Positions 17,990 to 26,360 of a stretch of DNA of 32,000 nt are shown here, piece by piece. Source of the stretch: Longivirga aurantiaca (GTDB taxonomy: Bacteria; Actinomycetota; Actinomycetes; S36-B12; CAIYMF01); assembly GCF_042660085.1 (NCBI RefSeq), contig NZ_JBHSTI010000001.1:2591-34590 (forward strand), written 5' to 3'. The position numbers were made by a program, and so were the translations under genes. The notes under the pieces are model-generated. The model saw nothing but the letters and a program-made list of their open reading frames with translations. It was not told where the DNA came from and ran no database searches. Every line of letters starts with the position of its first letter. Position 1 is the stretch's first letter.

Positions 17990-18199
17990 ATGAGCGGCGC
18001 AGAGAGCACCCACGACGAGCACCACGCCCACAAGGACAGCCCGGTCGCGGCGTCCATCGTCGGGCTGGTCATCGTGATGATCTTCGGCCAGGCCTTCGCC
18101 GTGCTCAACAGCGGCACCTGGGAGACCGGGGTGATCATCGCCGCCGTCGTCCTGGCCGCCTGGACCCTCGTGACGATCTGGGTCCTCGACCGCGACTGA
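17990..18199 (+). CDS. Small (69 aa) membrane protein
   Basis: MSGAESTHDEHHAHKDSPVAASIVGLVIVMIFGQAFAVLNSGTWETGVIIAAVVLAAWTLVTIWVLDRD; two hydrophobic segments and a His-rich N-terminus. Confidence 0.6.
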   Translation: MSGAESTHDEHHAHKDSPVAASIVGLVIVMIFGQAFAVLNSGTWETGVIIAAVVLAAWTLVTIWVLDRD

Positions 18200-18220
18200 C
18201 CCCGGCCGACGCCTCGTGCG

Positions 18221-20287
18221 TCAGTCCGACCCCTCGCCGCGACGCTTCTCGCTGTCGGCGAGCCGCGCGAGGTACGCGTTGTAGTCCGCGTGCACGTCGC
18301 GCCCCCTGCCCGTCGACGCCGCGCGCTCCTGGGCCCGGTCGCCGCGCCTCGCCTCGCGCTCGTCGCTCTTCACCCACTGCAGGAACAGCGCGATCATCAC
18401 GATCACGATGGGCACCTCGCCCAGCGCCCAGCCGATGCTCCCGCCGAGGTGCTGGTCGGCCAGCAGGTCGGTGAGGTACGGCCGCTCCAGCCCGCCGAAC
18501 CAGTCCTCGGCGAGGACCTGCGTGGTGGCCATGATCGCCAGCGAGAAGAACGAGTGCAGCGGTATCACGACCAGCAGGATGATGATGCGCACGAGGTACG
18601 GCGGACGCGTGGGCCCCGGGTCGACGCCGATGAGGCTCCAGAAGAAGAGCGAGCCGGCGAGCAGGAAGTGCACGCCCATGAAGATGTGGCCCCAGTGGCT
18701 CGTCATGAGCGTCGGGAACAGCGCCGTCAGGTAGAGGACGTAGAAGCTCGCCACGAAGATGACGGCCGCCACGATCGGGTTGGAGATCACCGTCACGTAC
18801 CGCGAGTGGATGACCATCGTGAGCCACTCGCGGGGGCCCACCTGGTCGCCACCCCGCGGGAGCGTGCGCAGCGCGAGGGTCACGGGCGCCCCGAGCACGA
18901 GGAAGATCGGCGCCACCATGCTCAGCACCATGTGCTGAACCATGTGCACGCTGAACAGCACCGACGCGTACGTCGCCAGCCCGGTGTTGGTCGCGACCAG
19001 GATCAGCGCGCAGCCGACGTACCAGAGCAGGCTGCGGCTGACCGGCCACCGGTCGCCCTCGCGCCGCAGGACGTGGGTGCCCGTCGCGTAGAGCGCGATC
19101 ATCAGGCAGCCGACCGCCAGCCAGAAGCCGTCGAGCCGCGCCTCGCCCCAGAGCAGCCCCGTGAGCGAGGGAACCGGCGGCAGGTCGAAGCCGAGCAGCA
19201 GCCTCGCCGGGCTGAGCGCGTCGACGGGCAGCTCGCCCGAGACGGGCGGCGGCGTGCGCGACAGCGCGACCGCGACACCGACGGTCGCTGCCATCACGAG
19301 CACCTCGACCGCCGCGATGCGCAGGAACCCGCGCCGCGCGGTGTCGCCCGAGAGCGCGGGCAGCACGTGCCGCCGGTGCCAGACGCCGAACCACGCGAGC
19401 GCGCCGATCAGCACCACCTTGAGCAGCACGAGCCGGCCGTACGACGTGCTCAGCAGATCCGACGGGGAGGCGAGCCGCACCGCGGCGCTCGCGACGCCCG
19501 ACAGGGCGAGGGCCACCGCGCACCACAGTGCGAGCCGGCTGAACCGCGGCACCGCCACCGGCAGCGGGCGCCGGTCGCTCGAGCCGAGGAGGACGAGCGC
19601 GACGAGCCCGCCGACCCACACCGAAGCGGCGAGCACGTGGAGCATGAGGCTCGAGACGGCGAGGGTGTGCTGGTCGGAGGTGCCCGCGTGCGACACGAGC
19701 GTGGTGGGCAGCGTCGCTCCGAGCGCGACCAGGCAGAGCAGGCCCGCACCGGTCGTGGTGCGGATCCACCGGGCGCACACCGCGACGCTCAGGGCGAGCA
19801 GCAGCTGCACGAGCAGGGCGCGTCCGAGCTCGACGTCGGAGACGAAGCTCCGGAGCAGGGTCGGGTCGAGCACCTCGCCGATCGGCAGCGCGATGATGTC
19901 CGACAGCGACGTCACCATCTGGCCCAGGACGATGGCGCACCAGACGAGCGCCGACCAACGCGCTGCCCGGGTCCAGGTGAGGCGTGCACCGCGCAGGAGC
20001 CCGTCGCGCGCAGGCACGAGCACCGCACCGAGCAGCAGCAGCCCTACCGTGAGCACCGCCGCCAGGTCGCCGAGCACCCGCAGCACCGGCACCGCCCACT
20101 GCGTGCCGAGGCCGGGGTCGGGCAGCCCGTCGGGGGCGGTGACCGGTCGACCGTCGCCGACCCAGAGCAGCAGGGCCATCACCGTCACGGCGACGACGAC
20201 GGCGGCGCCGAGCAGCACGGCGGGGCGCGGGGCGGCAGCGCCGTCCGCCTCCCGTCTCTGCGGCTGGGCCGCCGTCGTGGTGGTCAT
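18221..20287 (-). CDS. CopD-CtaG fusion membrane protein (copper transport / cytochrome c oxidase assembly-like)
   Basis: N-terminal CopD-like multi-TM region (SLMLHVLAASVWVGGLVALVLL) and C-terminal caa3_CtaG-like region (VHMVQHMVLSMVAPIFLVLGAPVTL..., TSHWGHIFMGVHFLLAGSLFFWSLIGVDP). Confidence 0.87.
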   Translation of the reverse strand: MTTTTAAQPQRREADGAAAPRPAVLLGAAVVVAVTVMALLLWVGDGRPVTAPDGLPDPGLGTQWAVPVLRVLGDLAAVLTVGLLLLGAVLVPARDGLLRGARLTWTRAARWSALVWCAIVLGQMVTSLSDIIALPIGEVLDPTLLRSFVSDVELGRALLVQLLLALSVAVCARWIRTTTGAGLLCLVALGATLPTTLVSHAGTSDQHTLAVSSLMLHVLAASVWVGGLVALVLLGSSDRRPLPVAVPRFSRLALWCAVALALSGVASAAVRLASPSDLLSTSYGRLVLLKVVLIGALAWFGVWHRRHVLPALSGDTARRGFLRIAAVEVLVMAATVGVAVALSRTPPPVSGELPVDALSPARLLLGFDLPPVPSLTGLLWGEARLDGFWLAVGCLMIALYATGTHVLRREGDRWPVSRSLLWYVGCALILVATNTGLATYASVLFSVHMVQHMVLSMVAPIFLVLGAPVTLALRTLPRGGDQVGPREWLTMVIHSRYVTVISNPIVAAVIFVASFYVLYLTALFPTLMTSHWGHIFMGVHFLLAGSLFFWSLIGVDPGPTRPPYLVRIIILLVVIPLHSFFSLAIMATTQVLAEDWFGGLERPYLTDLLADQHLGGSIGWALGEVPIVIVMIALFLQWVKSDEREARRGDRAQERAASTGRGRDVHADYNAYLARLADSEKRRGEGSD

Positions 20288-20952
20288 GACGAGGAGCCTG
20301 CCTTGCCACGGCGTGAGGCCGCCACCGCAGCGGTCGCCAGGACGAGCACGGCGAGGCCGCCGAGCACCCACGGCAGGGCCGATCCTCCGGTGGCCTCGGA
20401 CGAGACCGGCGACGTGCTGGGCTCGGGCTCGACCGATGCGCTGCCGGTCGGTGCTGCCGCCGACGACCCGGACGGCTCCGCGGTCCCGGGCTCCGAGGCC
20501 GACTCGCTCGGCTCGTCCGTGGCCGTCGGGCTCGGCGACGGCACCGAGGCGACGGTGAACATGAGGCTGCCGGTGACGGGATGCCCGTCCGAGGAGACGA
20601 CGCGGTACGACACCCGCACCTCGCCGGCGACGGTGGGCGGCGTGATGGCCCGGGTGATGACTGCGCCGTCGACGACGAGCGGGCCGTCGGCGAGCCGCAC
20701 GCCGGCGGAGTCGGTGACGACGACGGCCGTGCCGAGCTCCAGCACCTCCTCGCCGAAGGTGAGGGTGACGGCCGCGGGTGCCTCCTCGAGCGAGGCGCCG
20801 TCAGCCGGGTCGGTCGAGACGAGCTCGTCGTGCGCCGAGGCCGGGGACGCGAGCGCCACCGGGGCGAGGACCAGTGCGGCGGCCGCGACCGCGGCGCCGA
20901 CAAGCGATCGGATCCGGCGCCGCGAGGCGCGAGCAGGACGGGACGTGGACAT
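20284..20952 (-). CDS. CopC-domain copper resistance protein
   Basis: Signal peptide then SASAHDELVSTDPADGASLEEAPAAVTLTFGEEVLELG...VSSDGHPVTGSLMFTV (CopC motifs), Ser/Pro/Thr linker, C-terminal TM; 4-bp overlap with the CopD-CtaG gene. Confidence 0.9.
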   Translation of the reverse strand: MSTSRPARASRRRIRSLVGAAVAAAALVLAPVALASPASAHDELVSTDPADGASLEEAPAAVTLTFGEEVLELGTAVVVTDSAGVRLADGPLVVDGAVITRAITPPTVAGEVRVSYRVVSSDGHPVTGSLMFTVASVPSPSPTATDEPSESASEPGTAEPSGSSAAAPTGSASVEPEPSTSPVSSEATGGSALPWVLGGLAVLVLATAAVAASRRGKAGSSS

Positions 20953-21006
20953 GCAGGACCTTCTGTCGGTGGTGGGGTGGCGGCAGCGCACGCCCCACCT
21001 TCCAGG

Positions 21007-21591
21007 TCAGCAGGGCGCGAGGAGCCTCGGCGGCCCGCGCCGCGGGCGTCGGCCGACCACGACCAGGCCGGTGCCGGACACAGCCGCCGAGCAGCCCGTG
21101 ACCGCGAGCGTCACCATCGCCGGGACGGTGGCGCGCGCGGTGACCAGCCGGACAGCGTGCACCAGCGACCAGAGCGAGAGGGCGCACGCCTCGAGTGCCG
21201 CGAGGAGGAGGGCCGCGACCACCACGGCCGCCGCGTGCGCGAGCAGCATCCGGCCGTCGGGCCCGACGTGCGCGTGGGCCGGGTGCGACGCCGGGCCCAC
21301 CGCGGACAGGCGCGGGTCGACGGCACCCGTCGGCGACGTGAGCCACAGGACGCCGTGCACCGCGGGCTGCGCGGCGACGAGGGCCACCAGCAGGCGCGGC
21401 GCCGTCCACCGCTGCGCCGAGGCGACGACGGTGCCGGCCACGACCAGGGCCAGCGCCGCGACGACCGCCGGCGTGACGGCGTCGCCGCCGCCGAGCACGT
21501 GGCCGCCGACGGCGACGAGCGCCCCGACCAGCCCCACCACGAGGCCGCGGACGCGCCGCAGCGGCGTCACAGGTCGTCGGCTGCCGGTCAC
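21007..21591 (-). CDS. Hypothetical multi-TM membrane protein upstream of copC
   Basis: 194 aa with several hydrophobic segments and a HPAHAHVGPDGRMLLAHAAAVV motif; same strand and about 54 bp from copC. Confidence 0.6.
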   Translation of the reverse strand: MTGSRRPVTPLRRVRGLVVGLVGALVAVGGHVLGGGDAVTPAVVAALALVVAGTVVASAQRWTAPRLLVALVAAQPAVHGVLWLTSPTGAVDPRLSAVGPASHPAHAHVGPDGRMLLAHAAAVVVAALLLAALEACALSLWSLVHAVRLVTARATVPAMVTLAVTGCSAAVSGTGLVVVGRRPRRGPPRLLAPC

Positions 21592-21815
21592 CCGGCCATC
21601 GTAGGTGAGGGCCGGGGGCCCGCCCGCTGGGGCTGCGGTGAACGGCGGGAGAGCGAGCCGGGGCTTCGTCCGTCCCCGAGCCTCGCCCGCGCGTGCGGGG
21701 AACCTCTCAGTTGCCTCTCCCCGGTGGGATCGGAGCCCTCACCGCGCCAGAATGCACGTGCGCGCGCCGTGAGCGAGCACGCCATCCGGCGCCAGGCACC
21801 GACGGAGAGAGAGTC

Positions 21816-22187
21816 ATGAGCGACATCACCGCGGAGACCGTGAACCGCGCTCGCCTCGACTCCCTCGTCGACGAGATCGGCGACCAGGACATCGTCCGCC
21901 AGGCCGTGCAGAGCTTCCTCGACGAGCTGGTCGAGCGCCTCCAGGCGATCCGGACCACGATCTCGGGCGGCGACGCCGCGGAGATCAAGAAGGCCGCGCA
22001 CGCCCTCGGCTCGCCGGCGGCCATGCTCGGCGCGATCGAGGTCAACCGCATCTGCCGCGCCATGCAGGACCAGTGCGACGCCGGCGGGGACGTGCTCGCG
22101 CCTGTGATGGCCGACCTCGACGCCAGCTCCGCGCGCACAGTGTCCGGGCTGCGGGCGTACCTCGCCGAGTCGGCGGCCACCGCCTGA
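21816..22187 (+). CDS. Hpt (histidine phosphotransfer) domain protein
   Basis: VRQAVQSFLDELVERLQAIRTTISGGDAAEIKKAAHALGSPAAMLGAIEVNRICRAMQDQ; Hpt-like helical hairpin with candidate His in AAHALGSPAAMLGA. Preceded by a GGAGAGAGA Shine-Dalgarno-like stretch. Confidence 0.78.
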   Translation: MSDITAETVNRARLDSLVDEIGDQDIVRQAVQSFLDELVERLQAIRTTISGGDAAEIKKAAHALGSPAAMLGAIEVNRICRAMQDQCDAGGDVLAPVMADLDASSARTVSGLRAYLAESAATA

Positions 22188-22221
22188 GCCGTGCGCCCCG
22201 CGCGCGGTCTGCGTCGGCGGC

Positions 22222-23955
22222 CTACGTGCTGCTCGCGCCGTCCAGCCAGCGCTGCACCATGCCGGAGAGCGCGTCGATGCCGAACGGCTTGCTGAGGTAG
22301 TCGACCATCCCTGCGTCGCGGCACAGGTCGCGCTCGGTCTGCCCGACGTGCGCCGTGAGCGCGACGATCGGCACGTCGGCGGGGGTCGCACCGCCACCGT
22401 GGATGCGCCACCAGCGCGTCGCCTCGCGCCCGTCCATGCCGGGCATCTGCACGTCCATGAGGACGAGCCCGTACGCCGTGACCCGCAGCGCCTCGATCGC
22501 GGCCTCGCCGCTCTCGACCACGTCGGTGGTGACGCCGAGCTTCCCCAGCATCGCGGCGGCGAGCCTGCGGTTGACGTCGTTGTCGTCGACCAGGAGCACC
22601 CGCGTGCTGTGGTCGGACCGGACCGTGGGCACGTGCACCGGTGCGTGCACGCGCAGCCGGGCCGCCGTACCGCCCTCGGCGCGGCGCCTGACCTCGACCG
22701 TCCCCCCGAGGGCCGCAGCGAGGCGTGCGGTCTGGGCCAGTCCGGAGCCTCCGGTGGGCCGGCTCGGCGTCTCCCAGGAGCAGCCGATGCCGTCGTCGAC
22801 GACGTCGAAGACCACGGCGTCGTCCTCGAGCGAGACGCTCAGCTGCACGGCCTCGGCGTGTGCGTGACGCACGGCGTTGTCGACGAGCTCGTCGAGGACC
22901 TGGGTGACGAGGGGCAGGGCGAGCTCGACCGGGTGGTCGCCCGGAGGGACCGACGCGACGGTCACCGGCACCGCGGTGCTCGAGTGGCGCTCGGCGACCT
23001 CGGTCACCAGGTCGCGCAGCACCGTCGGGGTACGCGGCCCGGCGACGCGACGCTCGGTGCCGTCGGCGATGGCGACGAGGGCGTCGGCCAGGCGGTCCAG
23101 CCGGTCGAGGTCGGCCGTGCCCTGCGAGTCCTCGGCGTCCACGCGGCCGCGCAGGTCGACCGAGACGTCGTGCAGCTCGTGCACGACCCACGCCGCGTAC
23201 GCCGTGCGCGCGTCGTCGGTGCTCCTGCCGTGCCGGGTGAGCGCGGCCACGTCCTGGGTGCGCTGCGCCAGCAGCTCCTCGAGCCGGCGGCGGTCGTCGG
23301 CCTGGCGCTGCTGGGCCCGCTCCCACTCGACCGCGCGCCCCAGCTGGGCGGCGAGGGACGGTGCCAGCTGCAGCAGCCGCTCGTCGGCCGGCATCGGCTC
23401 GGGGTGCAGGAACTCCACGACTGCGACGACCTCGATGCCGGTGATGATCGGGAACGCCCAGGTGGATCCGGCCGCCTCGCCCTCGCGCCCGCGCCCCGGC
23501 GCCACCGACGTGTCGGGCACCCACGCCGCGAGGTGCGAGGCACCCACCTCGCCCGGGAGCCCCACCGCCGGGGTGAAGCGCCGGTCGACGGTCGCACCCA
23601 TCACCGCATCGAGGAAGTCGAGCTCGACGGGGTCGGCGTCCCAGATGTCGGAGGTGACGAACGCGCCGTCGGGCTCGCGCAGCAGCACGTGCGAGACCGC
23701 GAACCTGCAGTGCCGGCGTACGACCTTCGCCGCTGCGCTCATCGCGGACAGGGCGTCGTCGGTCTCGTTGACGATGACCGCGATGGAGGCCAGCAGCTCC
23801 ACCTCGCGGGCGCGCTCGAAGGCCCGCCTCAGCTGCATCTCGGCCGTGCGCTCGGCCTCGAGACGCGCGGCCCGCTCCTGCGCGGCGCGGTGCTCGAGGC
23901 GTGCGATCCCGTCCGGACCGACGTCGTCCGGGACCGAGCGCGGGTCGATGCTCAC
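22222..23955 (-). CDS. GAF - histidine kinase (atypical DHp) - receiver protein
   Basis: GTG start VSIDPRSVPDD...; GAF-like region; VTQVLDELVDNAVRHA (N box), VVDDGIG and GGSGL (G boxes); intact receiver VLLVDDNDVNRRLAAAML...YGLVLMDVQMPGMDG...VALTAH...LSKPF. Confidence 0.85.
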   Translation of the reverse strand: MSIDPRSVPDDVGPDGIARLEHRAAQERAARLEAERTAEMQLRRAFERAREVELLASIAVIVNETDDALSAMSAAAKVVRRHCRFAVSHVLLREPDGAFVTSDIWDADPVELDFLDAVMGATVDRRFTPAVGLPGEVGASHLAAWVPDTSVAPGRGREGEAAGSTWAFPIITGIEVVAVVEFLHPEPMPADERLLQLAPSLAAQLGRAVEWERAQQRQADDRRRLEELLAQRTQDVAALTRHGRSTDDARTAYAAWVVHELHDVSVDLRGRVDAEDSQGTADLDRLDRLADALVAIADGTERRVAGPRTPTVLRDLVTEVAERHSSTAVPVTVASVPPGDHPVELALPLVTQVLDELVDNAVRHAHAEAVQLSVSLEDDAVVFDVVDDGIGCSWETPSRPTGGSGLAQTARLAAALGGTVEVRRRAEGGTAARLRVHAPVHVPTVRSDHSTRVLLVDDNDVNRRLAAAMLGKLGVTTDVVESGEAAIEALRVTAYGLVLMDVQMPGMDGREATRWWRIHGGGATPADVPIVALTAHVGQTERDLCRDAGMVDYLSKPFGIDALSGMVQRWLDGASST

Positions 23956-26360
23956 TGGGCCTGCCCGAGCACGACGTCGAGCAGCCGACGGAGCTCGCCG
24001 ATGTCGACCGGCTTGCCGATGTGGCCGTCCATGCCGCTGGTGCGGCACCGGTCGAGCACGGCGTCGTCCGAGCCGCCGAACATCGCGTACACCGGCACCT
24101 TGGCCACGGCTGGGTTGCGCGACCTGCGGATGCGCTCGGTCATGTCCGGACCGTCCAGTCCCGTCATGCGTGCAGACACGAGGACGAGCCTCGTGCCCGG
24201 GGCGGACTCGAGGAGCTCGAGAGCCTCCTCGCACGAGGCGACGGCGACGCCCGAGGTGCCCAGGCGCTGCAGCAGGCGCATGACGTGGCCGCGGCGCGGC
24301 TCGCTCGACTCGACGACGAGCACCGAGGGGGCGACCCGCACCGGGGTCTCGCGCACGTCCTCGTCCGAGGTGTCGGCGGCGACCTCCTCGAGGCGCAGGA
24401 CGAAGCGGAACGCCGATCCCACGCCGACGGCGGAGTCGACCACGATCTGCCCACCCATGAGCCCGACGAGCCGGTCGGCGATCGCGAGCCCCAGCCCGGT
24501 GCCCTCCTGGCTGCTGCGGGCCTGGACGAAGGGGTCGAAGATCGACGCGGCCTGCTCGGGCACGATGCCGGGGCCGGTGTCGCGCACCTCGACCTCGACG
24601 ACGGACTCCGGGCCGCGCTGGGACACCAGGCGCAGCGCGAGCGAGACCGAGCCGGACTCGGTGAACTTCACCGCGTTGCCGACGAGGTTGACGAGCACCT
24701 GCCGGAACCGCACCGGGTCGCCGAGCACGCGCGACGGCGTCCCGGGGTCGATCGACAGCGCCAGCTCGATTCCCTTCGCCCGCGCCTGCGGCCCGAGGAG
24801 GTCGACGACGGCCTTCGCGCTGTCGGCGACCGAGAAGGGCTCGGTCACGAGGTCGATGCGGCCGGCCTCGACCTTCTGCAGGTCGAGGATGTCGTTGATG
24901 ATCGACACGAGGTTGGTGGCCGACATGTCGATGACGCCGACGAGCTCGCGCTGCTCGCCGTCGAGGTCGGTCGTGCGCAGCAGGTCGACGGTGGCGAGCA
25001 CGCCGTGCATCGGCGTGCGGATCTCGTGGCTCATCGAGGCGAGGAACTGCGACTTCGCGTCCGAGGCTGCGATCGCCTCGTCGCGGGCGCGGGCGAGCGC
25101 CCCCTGGTAGAGCACGCGGTCGGTCGCGTCCCGGAACATCCAGAGCGCCCCGAGGTCCTGCCCCTCGGACACGATGGGCTGGAAGTCGAACTCGAGCACG
25201 CGCGATCCCGAAAGGGTCAGCGACTGGTTGGATGTGGGCCACCGACGCGCGGTGAGGGTCTCGGTACGCCGCAGGAACGCTGCCGGGTCGTCCTCGGGGC
25301 GCACGACCTGCGCGATGGCCGCGCTGATCGGAAGCCCGGTGAGCTCGTCGGGGTCGGCCTCGGAGCGGAACATCTGGCAGAGCATGGCGTTGGCCATCAC
25401 GATGCGTCGCTGCCGGTCCTCGACGAGCACGCCCGACTGCATGTGGTCGAGGAGCGTGGTGAGGCGCGACATCGTGTCGTGCAGCTCGATCTCCGCGGTC
25501 TTGGTCTTGGTGATGTCGAGCATGAAGCCGAAGCGGCGTCGTCGCCCGTCCTCGTCCTCGACGACGGTGTCGACCGCCCGGGTCCAGACAACCTGACCGT
25601 CGGCGCACAGCAGCCGAACCTCCTCGTCGTACGGGCTGTCGTCCGCCTCGGCGGCGCGGTTGGCCGCCCAGGCCCGCTCGCGGTCCTCGGGGTGCACGAC
25701 CACCCGGAAGAAGAAGGCCTGCTCGGTGAGCCACCGGCGTACGGGGTAGCCCAGCCAGTCGACCACCTGGGGGCTGATGAACTCGGCCACCGACTCGTCG
25801 CCGAGGGTGTCGATGTACATCACGAGCGGCTGCAGCTCGACGATGCGGCGGTACTGCGCCTCGGCCCGGGTGAGCATCCGGTTGGCATCACGGAGCTCGG
25901 TGGCCGACCGCTGCAGCTCGGCGTTCAGCGTGCGCAGGTCGTCGAGGCTGCGCTCCTGGCCGCGGCGCAGGAACAGCAGGTCGGGGGTCTGGTCGACCGG
26001 GGAGAAGTCCGCCGCGGACAGCCCGAGACGATCGAGCTCCTGGGACGAGGAGACGATCGGGTTGCCGATGAGCAGGACTCCGGGCGGGTCCGAGACGTCG
26101 ACCGCCTGGAAGCGCAGCCGGGGACCCTCGGGCAGCAACCGCATGAGCAGCATGGAGTCGCGGTGGTCGCGGATCTGCTCGATCGTGGACACGCCGAGGG
26201 GGCGGACCACCTCGAGCACCTCGAGGAGCGGGCGACCGACCAGGTCGACCCCGAGGCGCGCCCACGACGGGCCCTGCCGGACGACGACGAGGTCCTCGTC
26301 GCACAGCACCCCGAACGGTGCCGCGCGGTCGAGGTCGTCGTCGCGGAGCTGGATGCTCAC
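23952..26360 (-). CDS. HNOBA-like - PAS - HisKA - HATPase - degenerate receiver hybrid kinase
   Basis: GTG start MSIQLRDDDLDRAAPFGVLCDEDLVVVRQGPSW...GVLLIGNPIVSSSQELDRLGLSAADFSPVDQTPDLLFLRR (HNOBA-like) followed by a coiled-coil; FLASMSHEIRTPMHGVL (H box), VLVNLVGNAVKFTESG (N box), VRDTGPGI, GTGLGLAI; C-terminal receiver-like VLVVESSEPRRG...LVLVSARMTGLDG...IGKPV. Confidence 0.88.
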   Translation of the reverse strand: MSIQLRDDDLDRAAPFGVLCDEDLVVVRQGPSWARLGVDLVGRPLLEVLEVVRPLGVSTIEQIRDHRDSMLLMRLLPEGPRLRFQAVDVSDPPGVLLIGNPIVSSSQELDRLGLSAADFSPVDQTPDLLFLRRGQERSLDDLRTLNAELQRSATELRDANRMLTRAEAQYRRIVELQPLVMYIDTLGDESVAEFISPQVVDWLGYPVRRWLTEQAFFFRVVVHPEDRERAWAANRAAEADDSPYDEEVRLLCADGQVVWTRAVDTVVEDEDGRRRRFGFMLDITKTKTAEIELHDTMSRLTTLLDHMQSGVLVEDRQRRIVMANAMLCQMFRSEADPDELTGLPISAAIAQVVRPEDDPAAFLRRTETLTARRWPTSNQSLTLSGSRVLEFDFQPIVSEGQDLGALWMFRDATDRVLYQGALARARDEAIAASDAKSQFLASMSHEIRTPMHGVLATVDLLRTTDLDGEQRELVGVIDMSATNLVSIINDILDLQKVEAGRIDLVTEPFSVADSAKAVVDLLGPQARAKGIELALSIDPGTPSRVLGDPVRFRQVLVNLVGNAVKFTESGSVSLALRLVSQRGPESVVEVEVRDTGPGIVPEQAASIFDPFVQARSSQEGTGLGLAIADRLVGLMGGQIVVDSAVGVGSAFRFVLRLEEVAADTSDEDVRETPVRVAPSVLVVESSEPRRGHVMRLLQRLGTSGVAVASCEEALELLESAPGTRLVLVSARMTGLDGPDMTERIRRSRNPAVAKVPVYAMFGGSDDAVLDRCRTSGMDGHIGKPVDIGELRRLLDVVLGQAQ

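Noticed and set aside
18290-21604. 1104-aa + strand ORF
   Set aside because: Shadow ORF antisense to the CopD-CtaG, CopC and membrane-protein genes; translation is Arg/His/Gln/Glu-rich with no family motifs, an expected high-GC artefact.
24000-25734. Upstream part of the 1170-aa minus ORF (22222..25734)
   Set aside because: The frame stays open through the neighbouring kinase gene but is low-complexity there; the real protein begins at the GTG at 23955, overlapping the previous stop by 4 bp.
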